Below are positions 22,547-34,690 of a stretch of DNA of 64,000 bases, one piece after another. The notes under the pieces were generated by a model, which was not told where the DNA came from, ran no database searches, and saw only the letters and a program-made list of their open reading frames with translations. The stretch's first letter is position 1. Every line of letters begins with the position of its first letter. Source of the stretch: Eledone cirrhosa (lineage: Eukaryota); assembly GCA_964016885.1 (NCBI GenBank), contig OZ024742.1, positions 44,578,001 through 44,642,000 on the forward strand. The letters are read 5' to 3'. A program made the position numbers and the translations under genes.

Positions 22547-22651
22547 TACAGCGTGTCCCCCAAAACTACATACACACTTTGATTATCTGTACAGGCAATA
22601 TTTATTAAAATGCTGTTGAAGTGTGTATACATTATTTGGGGACACCCTGTA
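22547..22651. mobile_element. Tc1/mariner-type MITE (about 100 bp)
   Basis: TA-CAGCGTGTCCCCCAAA ... TTTGGGGACACCCTG-TA. The IR extends inward (ATACACACTT / AAGTGTGTAT). Confidence 0.75.
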
Positions 22652-23746
22652 TGTTGTTTGTTCATATCTCTGAAATATTTCAGGAGTCAAATATATGCCC
22701 TGTTCCTTTAATCTAACTTCATTATGTATCTCAACAATCATGTGTAAGTTATTGAATGGTCAAAAAGTTAAGAACTTATTTTCTTTCTAAATAAAAGTTT
22801 TAAAATAAATTGAAAAGAAACGAATTTTAAAAACATTCTTCCCATAATCGTTATCTGCACACTCAAAAACATATGTCCGCCAAATTTCATTGAAAAATGT
22901 TTTATTGAAAAAACTATGAGGAAATGAATTGGGAAAGTATGTCTATTGTCTCGTTTTGTTGAGCTAATCTATTGGTGGGCGGCAACTGACTGCAAACTGT
23001 CTGTCGAGGGGAAAGAATGTCGGATTCAAAATAAAAAAGAAATTCACAAATAAATCGCTTGGAAAATAGTTTTCATAAATAAATCTTTCCGTTTAATCAA
23101 TTAGAAAAATTCAAAAGACGAAGATTTACAACGAATAAACTGGTACCTTTCATTGAGTATACGCTATTTTATATGCCTCAGTCAAAATATTCCCAGAATA
23201 CGCATAAAAAAAGAAACTTTCTTCCCTAAAATAAATAAGTAGATGCACAAATAAAAGTTTTTCCGTCAAGGGAATATCTAGCTCTTAATAAATCGCCAAG
23301 TGACCCATTCTACTTAAACATGTAATTTCTAAACTGGGCAGGTACACTCCGTTAGAATATAATGGTCTTTTTCCAAAACTACATACAGCTTAATGTTTCT
23401 TGTCAATCACCATGACTTTAATGAAATATTACAGAGATACGTTTCCGAAAGTGTAGATTATGGTGACCGTAGATTTATAAGAACATTACTTGACAGATCA
23501 TAACATTTTTGTTTTTCTATAATTTCCCAAAATTTTTTCGAATCTCCCCATTTTCAAACAGAACAAAAATACGATTCTGCAAACAAAAAAAAAAGAAAAA
23601 AAAAAAGGAAATTTGTTTGAAAATTTCATTTCTTTTTATATATATATATATATATACAGTGGTAGACTGGGTCTAAAAATATTGGTTGCCAGGAGATGAA
23701 GGGGCTCACCTACATAGAGAATGATATCATTTAATTTTTATAATGA

Positions 23747-24361
23747 ACTAGCAGCAGTACCCAGCGTTGCCTGGGTAGGTAAAATAATATATGCTTTGAT
23801 GAAAAGGTGTTGATCTTAGCGACTGCTTTTCGATGACTCATCTATGGCCACACACATCTATGGCCACACACATGCGGGAGAGGGTGGTGATGACCTCTAT
23901 CACTGAGAAACGCGGGTGACTGACGAAGGGGCATGCTGGGGGAGGGAGTTTCGAATTTGAACGAAATCGGCTGAAAAATGTGGGAGCTCGAGCCGAAAAG
24001 GTGGAAATTTGAGCGCAAAGGTGGTATTTTCGAATATTTAAGCGGCTGCCACGCCGTTCCTGAACCAAAAATCCAAAATGTAAAGCCACTTTAAGACGTG
24101 AAATAATCAGATCTAGTAGGTTGATTAATGTGGGAGCTAGAGCCAAAAATCTTATTTTTCGATACCTAAAAAAAGGTGATTTTTATCTGTAGAATGACCA
24201 CGGAATAAAAAAAAAAAAACGATACGCTGATATATAGAAAATACTCCCGATGACTAATCTATGAGCCTGTAAAGTTTCATGAAAATCGGTCGTAAGATGT
24301 AGGCCCCTATAGGTAATACACAGACACACACACACATACTTAATTTTATATATATACAGAT
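23747..24361 (+). mobile_element. Helitron/Helentron-like non-autonomous element
   Basis: One end has ACTAGC plus the subterminal hairpin ACCCAG-CGTTGC-CTGGGT. The other end has AAGTTTCATGAAAATCGGT...(CA)n...TTTTATATATATACAGAT. This layout is typical of invertebrate rolling-circle non-autonomous families. Confidence 0.55.
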
Positions 24362-24487
24362 AAATAACATTTTCGAAAAATACATAAGTGGAAACAAAAC
24401 AGTGCAATCAAATTTTTGCAGGAAATATATCTTACCTTCTCCAATAAAAAATATTATGTATTTTGTGAAATCCTCAGACTTTCAATA

Positions 24488-24938
24488 ATGACCAGAAGTC
24501 GACCCTAAATATTACTAATAGCTCTAGGAAAGCAATGAACGACACCACATTTTTTTAACTTTCATTTTGAGAGTAGGTTTACAATTATCAATTTTCATTA
24601 TACTTTTGTAGCTGTCTCGGTGGCCTAGTTGAAGGAATCATAGGTGGTGATCCTGGTCGGGAGTAGGGTTTCGGTAAAGCCTTTCAGCTTTTTTCTATTG
24701 GTTGTAAAATAAAAACTGAAAAAAAGGTGACATGTACCTCTTAACCAGGATTGAACCCAAGGCAAGGATATCCATCGTTTCTAGTACCTACCGCTAGGCC
24801 ACAGAGACAACGATGAAAATCTTATGAAAATTCATACTTATAAACCTACTTTCAAAATTTTCAAAACAAAATGTTATGGTGTCCTTCATGTCTTCCTTAA
24901 TGTTATTGCTCCTACTTAAGGTCGACTTCTAAATCATT
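24488..24938. mobile_element. Foldback element with long degenerate inverted arms (about 140 bp) and tRNA-like A/B boxes
   Basis: AGAAGTCGACC (24494) / GGTCGACTTCT (24920), GTAGGTTTA / TAAACCTAC, and TGTCTCGGTGGCCTAG / CTAGGCCACAGAGACA. Confidence 0.6.
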
Positions 24939-25035
24939 TGGATGTTCCATAAACTACATCCTCGTTTTGTTTCTCATCTATCTAGACTATATTTTAACCT
25001 GTAATCCATGTGTCATTTATGTTGCACCTCATTTC

Positions 25036-25408
25036 TCACCTCTCTCTACCACCAAGTGCGACAATCGGCCGCACATCACAAGAGTCAACGGAATATCTTG
25101 AGGCAAGCCTATACTCTCGCAGCATAACTACAGGTGATGTTGAGGCTAAGGCGTTGAAACAACCAGGTACCCTCATGGACATCACCTGACACCTCAGTAA
25201 AGCGAGCCGCCAGCGATGACAAAACTTCGCAGTCAGCAGTTCAACTACACTAAACGTCTCGAACACTACAGGCTGGAAAAATAATTATTAGATAGATCCA
25301 GGTATTTTCGGATTTTATTCCGTTCGGCAACGGAACCAAAGACTGCTGCATCGATGATGTGAGAGGGAATAAGAGAGTCACTGACTGTGATGTCCCAGAT
25401 GAGACATC
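25036..25408 (-). mobile_element. CRE-like (RLE-type) non-LTR retrotransposon 3' fragment
   Basis: WDITVSDSL...AERNKIRKYLDL..YF...FETF...LAAR...WLFQRLSLNIT, the restriction-like endonuclease C-terminus, frameshifted. Confidence 0.7.
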
Positions 25409-25640
25409 GGGGGAGTCGGGCCGCTGACTGCGAGATTCCTCTCTTCACTGGCGGCTCGCCTAATAAAGGTAACTGGAGAATCTCGCGATGGCGCTTGGTT
25501 GTTCCAGCGCATTAGCCTCGCCATCACCCGAGGCAACGCTACGAGTGTGCTGGCTTGCCTCAAAAATCAATCGAGAGGTTGCCCGGTACCCCTCGCGACG
25601 CTGCTGTCTTTTGGTCTGGTGGTGGCTCGGTTGTTCACTC
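25409..25640 (+). mobile_element. CRE-like 3' fragment in opposite orientation
   Basis: Plus frame reads GVGPLTARFLSSLAARLIKVTGESRDGAWLFQRISLAITRGNATSVLACLK. Confidence 0.72.
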
Positions 25641-26084
25641 CTTCCTTTACATTTTCTTTAATATTGCAACATTAAAGGAATATATCCTTCTGAAAGAATC
25701 GCGAGCAATTTATAATGTTATCTAAGCATTTGTAATGTTATTTATGTATATGTCTCTTGCACAGGGACAAAGAGTAATGGTGTCTGGTCTCTTCCCATCA
25801 CTTTTTGATAATTCAACCGGCCCCAGAACTGAGGGGATATTTACCCGAGCTAGGGCCTGTTTAATTCCCACGTCAACCATTCATTCGTGATTTTTTTTTT
25901 TTTTTTCAATTTTTTAATTTTTCTTTTACAAATATTATTTCTGGTTGCGATTGTGTTATTTTTTAAATTGTTTTCTTCTTAATTCAGAAAGAAAATAAAT
26001 CCTTTAGCTTTTATAACCATTTAATAGCTTGCTGGCGCCTGTACCATTAATTGTATCTAATTTAAGCAGAAGGCCAGAAATCTT

Positions 26085-26200
26085 AAGGGGATAGGAAATC
26101 GATTAAGTTGAAACCTGTACTTGACTGGTACTTTATTTATCGGTCCCGGATGGATGAAAAGCAAAGATGAGCTCGGCAAGATTTGAACTTAGAACGTAAA
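26085..26200 (-). mobile_element. SINE fragment (same family as 12950-13135)
   Basis: GTACTTGACTGGTACTTTATTT...GGATGAAAAGCAAAG...GATTTGAACT. Confidence 0.6.
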
Positions 26201-27319
26201 GCGTTATATATTGATGTTAATAAATTATGTTCTTCATACTTTCATGTGCCTCAGCCTGCAGGACCGCCTCAGCTGATTTCCACTTCTTTCCAATCTTCAC
26301 TGCAGTTCCTGCACCAAGCACTTTACAATCCCTTGATTCGTGTATTGCAGATGTTTTAATTCAACGAATTCCTATTTGATTAAGCTAAATGGAAGTGTGA
26401 GTTTGTTATTGCTCACATCCTGTCCAATGCTGCTCAAACTGTGTGACAAACCAAGCCATCTACGAAGATGACTACTCACTTCGCTTTGAAGTGAGCAGTT
26501 ATAGGGTCTTCATAGATCAGTAGGGGCCAGAGGATTCTCTGGAGTATCCCATGACGGTAGACCCAAGTCATGAATCTTCCTGCAAGCCCATATCTATCCA
26601 CAACTCGAGGATAGAATTTTAGCCATGAAACTATATCTTTTACAGAGATTGTGCACAGACGATATATGACTCATGAAATAGTGAATCCATAAGGAAAACC
26701 ATACATAGTCAAAATAATGGATTGGCAGAGCAAAATTGTCTTAAATGAAATGGCCTCAGTGTGAGTGTGTGTTATACATACACACCAGACATATACACCA
26801 GGTCCGAACACAAAGGAACCAAACTCCCACACTCACTGCCTCCGCCTCTCCCGCTCTCCCATCTCTCACTTTTATGAGCAAATGGGGGCCCACGTCTGGC
26901 CACCCCCAGCCTCTGTGTACAGAATAGAAAAGGTGAAATAATGCAGGATTTGAATATATAGTTTATTTTTTTATATTGTAAATTATATTTTGTTAACTAT
27001 TAAAAACTATAAATAGATTTTGTTTTATCGTTTTTATTTTATTATGTGTTCCACCCGAGTGGCTGAGGCCATGCTGAGGCACCGCTACCGTTTACTATTT
27101 TGTTTTTATTATGTGGGGTTTTGTGTCCAGTACGAATGGGGATTTTGCTCGAAGGGTAGCACCCTGAACTTTGCAAAGATACGAACAAACAGCATAAGTT
27201 CTTCAGAGATATGAACAAATCTTTGATTTTTAGAAATATATATCGTCTGGTTATTTGAATAAGCAAACAAGGAATTTGTTTATCTGGGTATCTGCATCTA
27301 AGAAAATATATTGGCAAAA

Positions 27320-27660
27320 TTTAAAAAGCACAAAGAAGATTTGCGAAATGATACCTGAATTACAACAACTACAAAATGAAGAAAGATTAAAAAAACTTAT
27401 TTCTACCAACTCTAGAAGAAAGAAAGAGAAGAGACTGATTTAATTGAAACATATAGAATTATTGATAGAAAGGTACAGATCGATAACGCCAACTTTTCCC
27501 AGCTAAACAGAAATAAGATGAGAAGACATGGACATTAAATATTCAAGAAATATACAAGACGAAATATTTGAAATATTTTCTTTTCTGAAAGAGTGATATT
27601 TTGTTGGAATGTTTTGCCAGAAAATGTGGTTTACTCGACCATTGTGAAAAGGAAAAATTA
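27320..27660 (+). mobile_element. Degenerate CR1-clade LINE fragment
   Basis: MIPEL...EERLKKL...DLIETYRII...RHG...FSERVI..WNVLPENVV across frameshifts. Confidence 0.6.
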
Positions 27661-28059
27661 AATGATGATGAATTGTTAATTCTATAACATAAAATATTAA
27701 AGTTGGAGACTAAGCTAGTGAGACAAGCACTGAAGCACCATTAACTACATATTTAGTCTCAGTTACTATAAGTGGTGAGTTTAATACCTGACACCCGACT
27801 TTAATTCCTCAGAACTTTATAAATCATGCATATTTTAAAATAAAATTATACAAATACGTTTTCGAAGGTGTAGATAACGACTAGCACAATGAAATGTGTT
27901 TGCACTTTATCGTCGTAGAAACTACATTAGGTTCCAGCAGAAAATCTATTATATTGTATTATCCTATTTGAAACAATTCGTCAACAAGAAATGTTTCAAA
28001 ATCTTTTATTCACAGCTGTATAAAAATATGATAATATAATGCTTGGAATGGTTGCTGCG

Positions 28060-28600
28060 CAATATCGAGTCGTTCTAGGTTGGGCAGCTTTCAACAAGAA
28101 CAAGGAAATACTAACATCAAAACGAGTTTCCTATCATTCGAAGGCTCAGATCTTTGATACTTACTTCCTACCAGTTGTGTTATATGGTATTGACTGTGTT
28201 AATTGGACGACAAGATCACTTCAAAAGCTCTCTATATTCCAGAACCACATCACCAGACTTATAACTAGCAAGCAGTTCAACGACCGTATCTGTATCAGTG
28301 AGCTGCTCAACATTACCAAACTTAAACTAATTACATCAATTGTCAAGTCAACAGTACTCAAACTATACGGCCATATAAAAATATCAACTGGTGGTGTGAG
28401 TAGGTTATGCCTGGAAGGAAGGTTGGCTGGTAAGAGAAGCAGTGGCCGGCAGCCAAAACGATGGCTTGACAATGTCTATTCATGGACTGGACTTGATCTT
28501 TGCTCTTAGAACTCTGCTGCTGGTGATCGAACTTTGTGGAGAGAGCTATCACATGTTGATGCGGAGTCTGCAACTGTCGGAGATTAGCGTCACAAGAAAA
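28060..28600 (+). mobile_element. RTE-clade LINE 3' fragment
   Basis: LGWAAF...KAQIFDTYFLPVVLYG...LKLYGHI...LEG...GKRSSGRQPKRWLDNV. Confidence 0.8.
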
Positions 28601-28699
28601 ATATAATGCTTACAGAACGAAAACACAAACACAATTGATGTATACAAATATAAACGCATAAAAGAAAGATTTAAAAAGAAAAAAATGAGGGGGGGGGGG

Positions 28700-28830
28700 C
28701 AATTCACCACCCAAGTGCAACAATCGGCCGTACATCACATCTTAGGGGTTAAATAAATACTTTAAGGCAAGCCAATACGCTCGTAGCATTGCCACGAGTA
28801 ATAGCGAGGCTAAGGTACTGAAACAACCAA
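28700..28830 (-). mobile_element. CRE-like 3' fragment, third copy
   Basis: Minus strand reads WLFQYLSLAITRGNATSVLACLK. The 3' UTR motif CCAAGTGC.ACAATCGGCCG.ACATCACA is shared with about 25051-25080. Confidence 0.7.
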
Positions 28831-29752
28831 ACAAAACATTGGAAAGTATGATGAAAAAAAATTCCCAAATTTACGTTTAGTCTACTACAAACACAAACCA
28901 AAAGTATTCAGTAAACTAAAGTGTAAAATGGATCCAGCTCACGTTAGGACACACTAAAGAAATGAAATTGCCTCGTCCATCGAACACACTCTTTGTGGCA
29001 GTATGTATGTCATTGAGGTACACCCTTTTATTGGATATGTTAACCAGACCTGCTAACCTCTAAAAACCCAAATGGAGAGTACCATGAAAAAAATGCCCCA
29101 AAACGGGGAGAAATGAGGCAAAATGGGGAGATGTTACATAATGAAAGCTGTACCCCTTTTCACAAGAGAAGACATCTCTCACCCACCCCAAAGTGGGTGG
29201 TAGATCTCTCCGTCTGACGCGGAAAGTCGACAGGTCTGTATTAACCTGTCAATTTGCACATAAAATGTTGGTTCCAACACTCGAACTAAGAACATTCAAG
29301 TGACGCAGATTATAAAATTAGATGAAAATCTGAGACTAATGAAAATTCTTGAAATTTTTTTTCGGAATCAACGTTATTTTGATTCGTAACTTTTTCAATG
29401 TCTTCCCGCCAAAAATGTATGTAATGCAGTCTTTTCAACAGAAATATTTGCGTGTCATTTGGATGCAAGAGGATTATAATTTCACAAGGTATTTATCCAT
29501 TGGCCTAGCATTCATTACTTTATTTATATATATATATATTTCGTTTCTGAATTTGTTTAGCAAGATTCTTTATCTGAAATCGTGTGTTGAAACCGATATT
29601 GTTATACTTTGGGAGGGTCATGTTGCCAATAAGAAACACATGCACCAGTTGCTTTCACTTCAATTTATTATAATAAATTTATAATAAATTTATAAATTTA
29701 TAAATTTCTGGTTGGTTGGTTGGTTCCACAACCAGATAGTTGTTTATATATT

Positions 29753-29795
29753 GTCATAGTTCTTTCGTCACACACTCTGTGACCTCTTCAGTGAC
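29753..29795 (-). ncRNA. Minimal type I hammerhead ribozyme in the PLE2 pseudo-LTR
   Basis: Minus strand reads GTCA-CTGAAGA-G-GTCACA-GAGTG-TGTGAC-GAAA-GAACTA-TGAC: 4-bp stem I, 6-bp stem II, minimal stem III, CTA triplet. Confidence 0.8.
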
Positions 29796-29996
29796 TGGGG
29801 ATTCCTTTCTTTGTTTCTGTGCCTCTCCTTTGTTCTGTCCTACGCCATTTTGTTTCTGTGTGTGTGTTGTGTGCTCAGTCTGCGCATGCGCCACATCCGG
29901 GTGTCTGTGTGTGTTTATGTTCATTTATTTATTTGTTTATTTACATGTTACTGGTTGGTTGTTTGTTCTATGTGTGTGTGTGTTTTCATTTTGTCC

Positions 29997-31862
29997 TTAA
30001 TTGTAAGTTGTGATGTTGCTGTTCCACTCATATTTTCTATTTAATTTTGGTTGTAATTCTTTTATGTTTATTGCCTCTGTAATTTGTCTAAACATTGCGT
30101 CTTTTCTGTGTGTAGATTCTATTTTTATTTCTATGTTCTCTAATTTACCCTTGTGTTCTATTTTAGCATGTTGGTAGAGTACAGATGATTCTTTACTATT
30201 TTGAAGGTCTCGCCAGTGTTCATTTATCCGTTCCCCTACACTACGAGCTGTCTCACCTATGTACACTATATTTTTGTCTCTACATTGTCCTTCAGTACAT
30301 CTTATGCTATACACTACATTTCTAGTTTTACAGTTAATATGGGGGCTTATTTTACAGGTTATACATTTCTTATCTATACCCTATTGAAAAGGGTATGTCT
30401 TGCTAATAAGTGTTTTTACGGAGGTACCTGGTCTTTCTACTATCTTAATATTGAGTTTATGTTTATTTAGGGCCCTTCTAAATTTGTAAGCTAATTCACC
30501 TCTAGGGGTTGTATCGATGAACATTACACTCTGGTATTTATTGCTATCATACCATGAGTTTATTCTATTAGCCTTGTTCCTAGTTCTTTCTATTCTATTC
30601 CAAAATTTTCTCCTATACAAGGGGCTGGTCCCATTTATGTCATTATTTACCATTTTTTCCCATTTGGTTCTGGCTCCTCTATACACTCTGATTTTATCTC
30701 TCGGATTGTAGCCAGAGAACTGCATACGGTGGATGAAGTGTTGTATGCGTCTCTCTAGTTCTTCGGGGTTGCACATGCGGGACACGTTTCTCATCACCCG
30801 TACCAAATCCGTAATCAGTATGTTGATTTTGGTATGGTCCAAAACGGCCGAGTTTCGGTGGATCAGATGTTTGGAAGTCATGTGTTTGGCATAATGGGAA
30901 TGGAGGATTTGTTTTTTGTTATTAATGGTATCTAACCAGAGCTCTGTGTCTAGTACAGGTAATCGATGGTTGGGGTGTTTACTTGGGTAGTCTATAGTAA
31001 CTCTAATGCTCTGGTGGATGGAGTTAGCTATTTGCTGGATGCTTTCCATTGTGTTTTTCTCTATTTCCTGACTGTTCTCTAGTGGGGGTGTCTTAACTAC
31101 GATGTTTATATCATCAACGTAGCGGGAGTACATTATCTGGGTTAAGGGGTCTTCTAATTGTTCTTTAAGTTTAAGTTTAAGTCTACTGTCCCACCATAAT
31201 AAGTTAGCTATGTCGCCTGCAATGCTAACACCAATGGCTGCTCCTTCCTCTTGGGCATATGTTTTTCCATTAAATTTGAACATATGTTCCTTAAGGGTTA
31301 GTTTTATGCTGGCCCCTACCGCATGTGCAATCATTTTCTTCAGTTCATCGTGGTTTTCGGGTGTCCGTATGGCTCTGGTCCACCCGTTCCATCTATCTGT
31401 GTGGGTTTTCTTGGCCATTGAGGTAATGGTAGGTGGTCTGCCTCTTGCTGGTCTTGTAGGGCACAAGTTGCTAAGGTCATATGTGTCTAGGTAATTATTA
31501 CTATAGGTAAGTTTAAGTAGGAGTCCCAGCTCACTGGTATCAATCCCACGGAACTCAACATTGCTCTCACTGATCATTTCTACGCATTTCTCCACAGCAA
31601 AATCCACGTCAATAGATGGATACAGGGACACAACATCCATACTACCTATTATGCAGTTTGTTAGGTCCCTAGATCGGTTACTCACGCCGATTCTGCTGAG
31701 GAGGTCCTCCGTGCTGTCACATACATCTGGGGACATTTCAATGATGGGGCGTATGATCAGGGAGAGGAAGTAGGACAGTCTGTAGTTACTAGCAATGTTA
31801 GCTCCACAGACTGGCCGTGTTGGTGGTCCCGCGACAGGGTCACTGCCCGTTTTATGGTCTTT
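29997..31862 (-). pseudogene. PLE2 RT-GIY-YIG ORF remnant
   Basis: ORFs 30381..31736 and 29997..30314 are in the same frame. The linker reads *GIDKKCITCKISPHINCKTRNVVYSIRC. Confidence 0.88.
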
Positions 31863-32574
31863 TCATGTCATCCTGACTTCTTGATGCTACTTTGTGATGT
31901 TTTATTTTCAGATCTTGAAGGAAGACATAGACAGAGATAGTAAAATCTGATCTCAAGATCCTGAACTTTGCAAAAGAGAAAAGTGAAGAGAGGTTCTATT
32001 CAAGAGGATTTGTCTAACCCAAGCATTTTAATGTCATTTTGCCTGCTAAAGAAGGGGTTAGACTTGTAGGCCCTATAGCAGGCCCCATACTCATAATCTC
32101 ATAATGTGGTCCTTTTTTAAGCAATGTTTTACAGCCTGGTGCCAATGTTTTCAGTCACCCCTTACATATAGATACATATATATATAAATAGAAACTCACT
32201 TGCTCACTCTCATACACACAAGTATATATATTTATATATTTATTTCATAATTGGCAACATATTAAATGTTACCAATGTATAAGTGAACATTGTTTGTGAT
32301 ATTGCTTCCAAGTTCTATTGATGTCTACACTAAATATTACTAAATATGCATTAGAGCAGCTGTTTTTCTTTCTAACCTAGCAACAGTGAATAGAACATTC
32401 TTAACACAGCCACAAAAACCATACATAAATTATTTCCATATACACCCACGGTGGAAATATCTGCTTAAACAAGCATACATATTATTTATAGAAATAGCAG
32501 TAATTTCTCTTTCAAATTGTCTTAACCATTTTGTGGTCGTATTTATGGTTTCTAACTTATGAACATGGCCGGTA

Positions 32575-32745
32575 ATTTTGTGAGAAGAGAAAAGGCTGTT
32601 AAATCAACCCCAGTATTTTACTGGCCCCTAATTTTATTGATCCCAAAAGGATGAAAGGCGAAGTTGACTTTAGAACTCGGATCATAAATAAATGCTCAAT
32701 TCATTTTGTCTGATGCTCTAACAATTCTGCCAATCTACTACCATT
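32575..32745 (-). mobile_element. SINE fragment (same family as 12950-13135)
   Basis: ACCCCAGTA...AAAAGGATGAAAGGCGAAGTTGAC...CTCTAACAATTCTGCC. Confidence 0.6.
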
Positions 32746-32929
32746 ATGATTGTATCTATAATAAAGTACATGCATGGTCCCATAACTTGAGGGAATTGTA
32801 GGGGCACCAAATTGATGTATGGCATTTCTAGGGCATTTTTAAACCTTGCAGATCTCATCCCTCTTCAGGTCTGAAAAAAGTGGATTTTTTTCCAGAGAAG
32901 GATAGAAAGTGACAGGGAGGAAGTGAGAA

Positions 32930-33105
32930 AGAGATATAGAGGAAGAATTGACCCCAGTACTAGACGGGTACTTTTATTTTAGTGACCTCAAAATGATGAA
33001 TGGCAAAGTTTATCTTGGCAGGATTTGAACTCAGAGAACAGAGCCAGAACAAATACTTCAAAGCAATCTATCTGACGTTCTAATGACTGCCATTTCACTG
33101 CCTAC
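32930..33105 (-). mobile_element. SINE fragment (same family)
   Basis: GACCCCAGTACTAGAC...GATGAATGGCAAAGTT...GGATTTGAACTCAG. Confidence 0.6.
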
Positions 33106-33789
33106 ATAATAAAGTACACTGTATCCTAATCAATTAATGAAAGATTTGGAGGGGTTTCCTAAAATTAATAATTATTTCTCTAATAAGATATTGAGAGATC
33201 ACAGCTCCAATACTACAGACATGTTAGAATGTCTCAGGAAAGAATCACTGGACAGATTTTATGGGCAAAATCAACTGACAGGAAACCCAGAGGTAGACCA
33301 TGAGCAAAATAGTTGGATAATATCCATGAGTTTGATTGGTTTCACTTGAGGATCCAGTCGGATCAATTGGAAACAGATTCTTCTGGCAGGACCTACTGGA
33401 AAATGTACTTGAGGACTCTTCCCTCACAAACCTCCCTGGAATAAGTGGGAAAAGAAGACTAAGATAGTAATTTAACATATGGTTCTTATGTGAAATAGAA
33501 CAAGCAAAAGCTTAACTAGATATCAGGCTTTTACCATTCCCTTTTGCCAATTCCCTCTTGTGTCTGTTGCAATTGAGACTTCTGGTATTTGTAACATAAC
33601 CTAACAAATGATTCTTTTATAAAATTATGTTGAAAGATTTTAATTAAATTGAATAGGAACTATTTAAAAATGGGTGGTTTTATTTCATAGAACTTGAGGT
33701 GGCTTTAGATGGGTTGATATCAATAGGGTTAAATGAGTAAAAGACATATTGGATAACTTTAAAAAGATGTTATATTGGTTTTGCAAGTA

Positions 33790-34690
33790 GTTGTGGAGGT
33801 ACTGTGTGGTATTGATGGTGGAAATTGTAGTTATGGTGGTAGTGGCCGTGCTTGTATTGGAGATGCTGTGTTGTGCTGGTTGTGGCAGTTGTAGCTGTGG
33901 TGGTGGTGGGTGATGATTATGGTAGTTGTCATGGTGGTAGTGGTGAGGCAATGTACTTGTAGTGGAGGTACTATGTTGTGGTAGTTGTAGTGGTGGTAGT
34001 AGTTATAGGGAGATGAAGTATTGGTTGTGGTGGTATGGTAGCTGTGTTAGTTTAATGGTGGTAACTGTGGCTGTTGTTATGGTGGGTGGTGGTGATGGTA
34101 CTTGTAGAGCTTCTGTGTTGTGCTATTAGCAGTGCTGTTGGCAGCTGCACTAGTATGGTGGATGGTGGTGTTGACTGTAGTATTGATGATTGTGCTAGTG
34201 GTGCTATTGGTCATAGTGATGCTGTTTTGTAGAGGTGGTGCTCATGCTAGTTGTACTAATGGAAAGGATTGTTGTTGTTTAGCCCAAGGTCAACCCTAAT
34301 GGAACAGGTTCATGATCAAAGACATTACAATCACTATGATCCTATCTTTTCCTTGTATGCAAGGAACTTATGACCATAACAGCCAATGTATTGTTCTAAG
34401 ATGGTAGTGTAAGATTTAAAAGAATTTAGCTGTTATATCTAGCAAGATGAGTGATCACATAGAGAATCACTTGTTGGCTTTAATTGTAGGTGTGTATTGT
34501 AGTAGTGGTGGTGGGATTGTAGTGGCAGTGGTAGTAGTATTGTATGATAGTGGTGGTAATAGTGATGATAGTGACAGTAGTGATGTATGGTTGTAGTAGT
34601 AGTTGTTCTGGTGTATGGTAGTAGTGATAGTGATGGTAATAGTAGTGGTGTATGGTGGTAATAGTAGTAGTGGTGTTAGTGGAGGTGGTA
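33790..34690. repeat. Degenerate (GTG/GTA/GAT)n low-complexity zone leading into satellite 1
   Basis: G/T-rich trinucleotide mosaic without a fixed period, interrupted by about 230 bp of unique sequence near 34260-34490. Confidence 0.8.

Larger units (their letters stand above)
29539..31862 (-). mobile_element. Penelope-like element 2, 5'-truncated at KDHK; diverged relative of PLE1, with 3' pseudo-LTR
   Basis: RT (SMDVVSLYPSI, GAAIG, RYVDD) and GIY-YIG (VVYSIRC, YIGETARS) ORFs are in frame and separated by one TAG at 30381-30383. The 3' region has a hammerhead and the ORF start and ends in (TA)n. Confidence 0.9.

Noticed and set aside
26471-26499. Hairpin ACTACTCACTTC-GCTTT-GAAGTGAGCAGT
   Set aside because: Isolated, with no ribozyme core, terminator context or second copy in the window.
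33137-33478. Short ORFs in unique sequence before the satellites
   Set aside because: No motif, splice pattern or homology that I can support.
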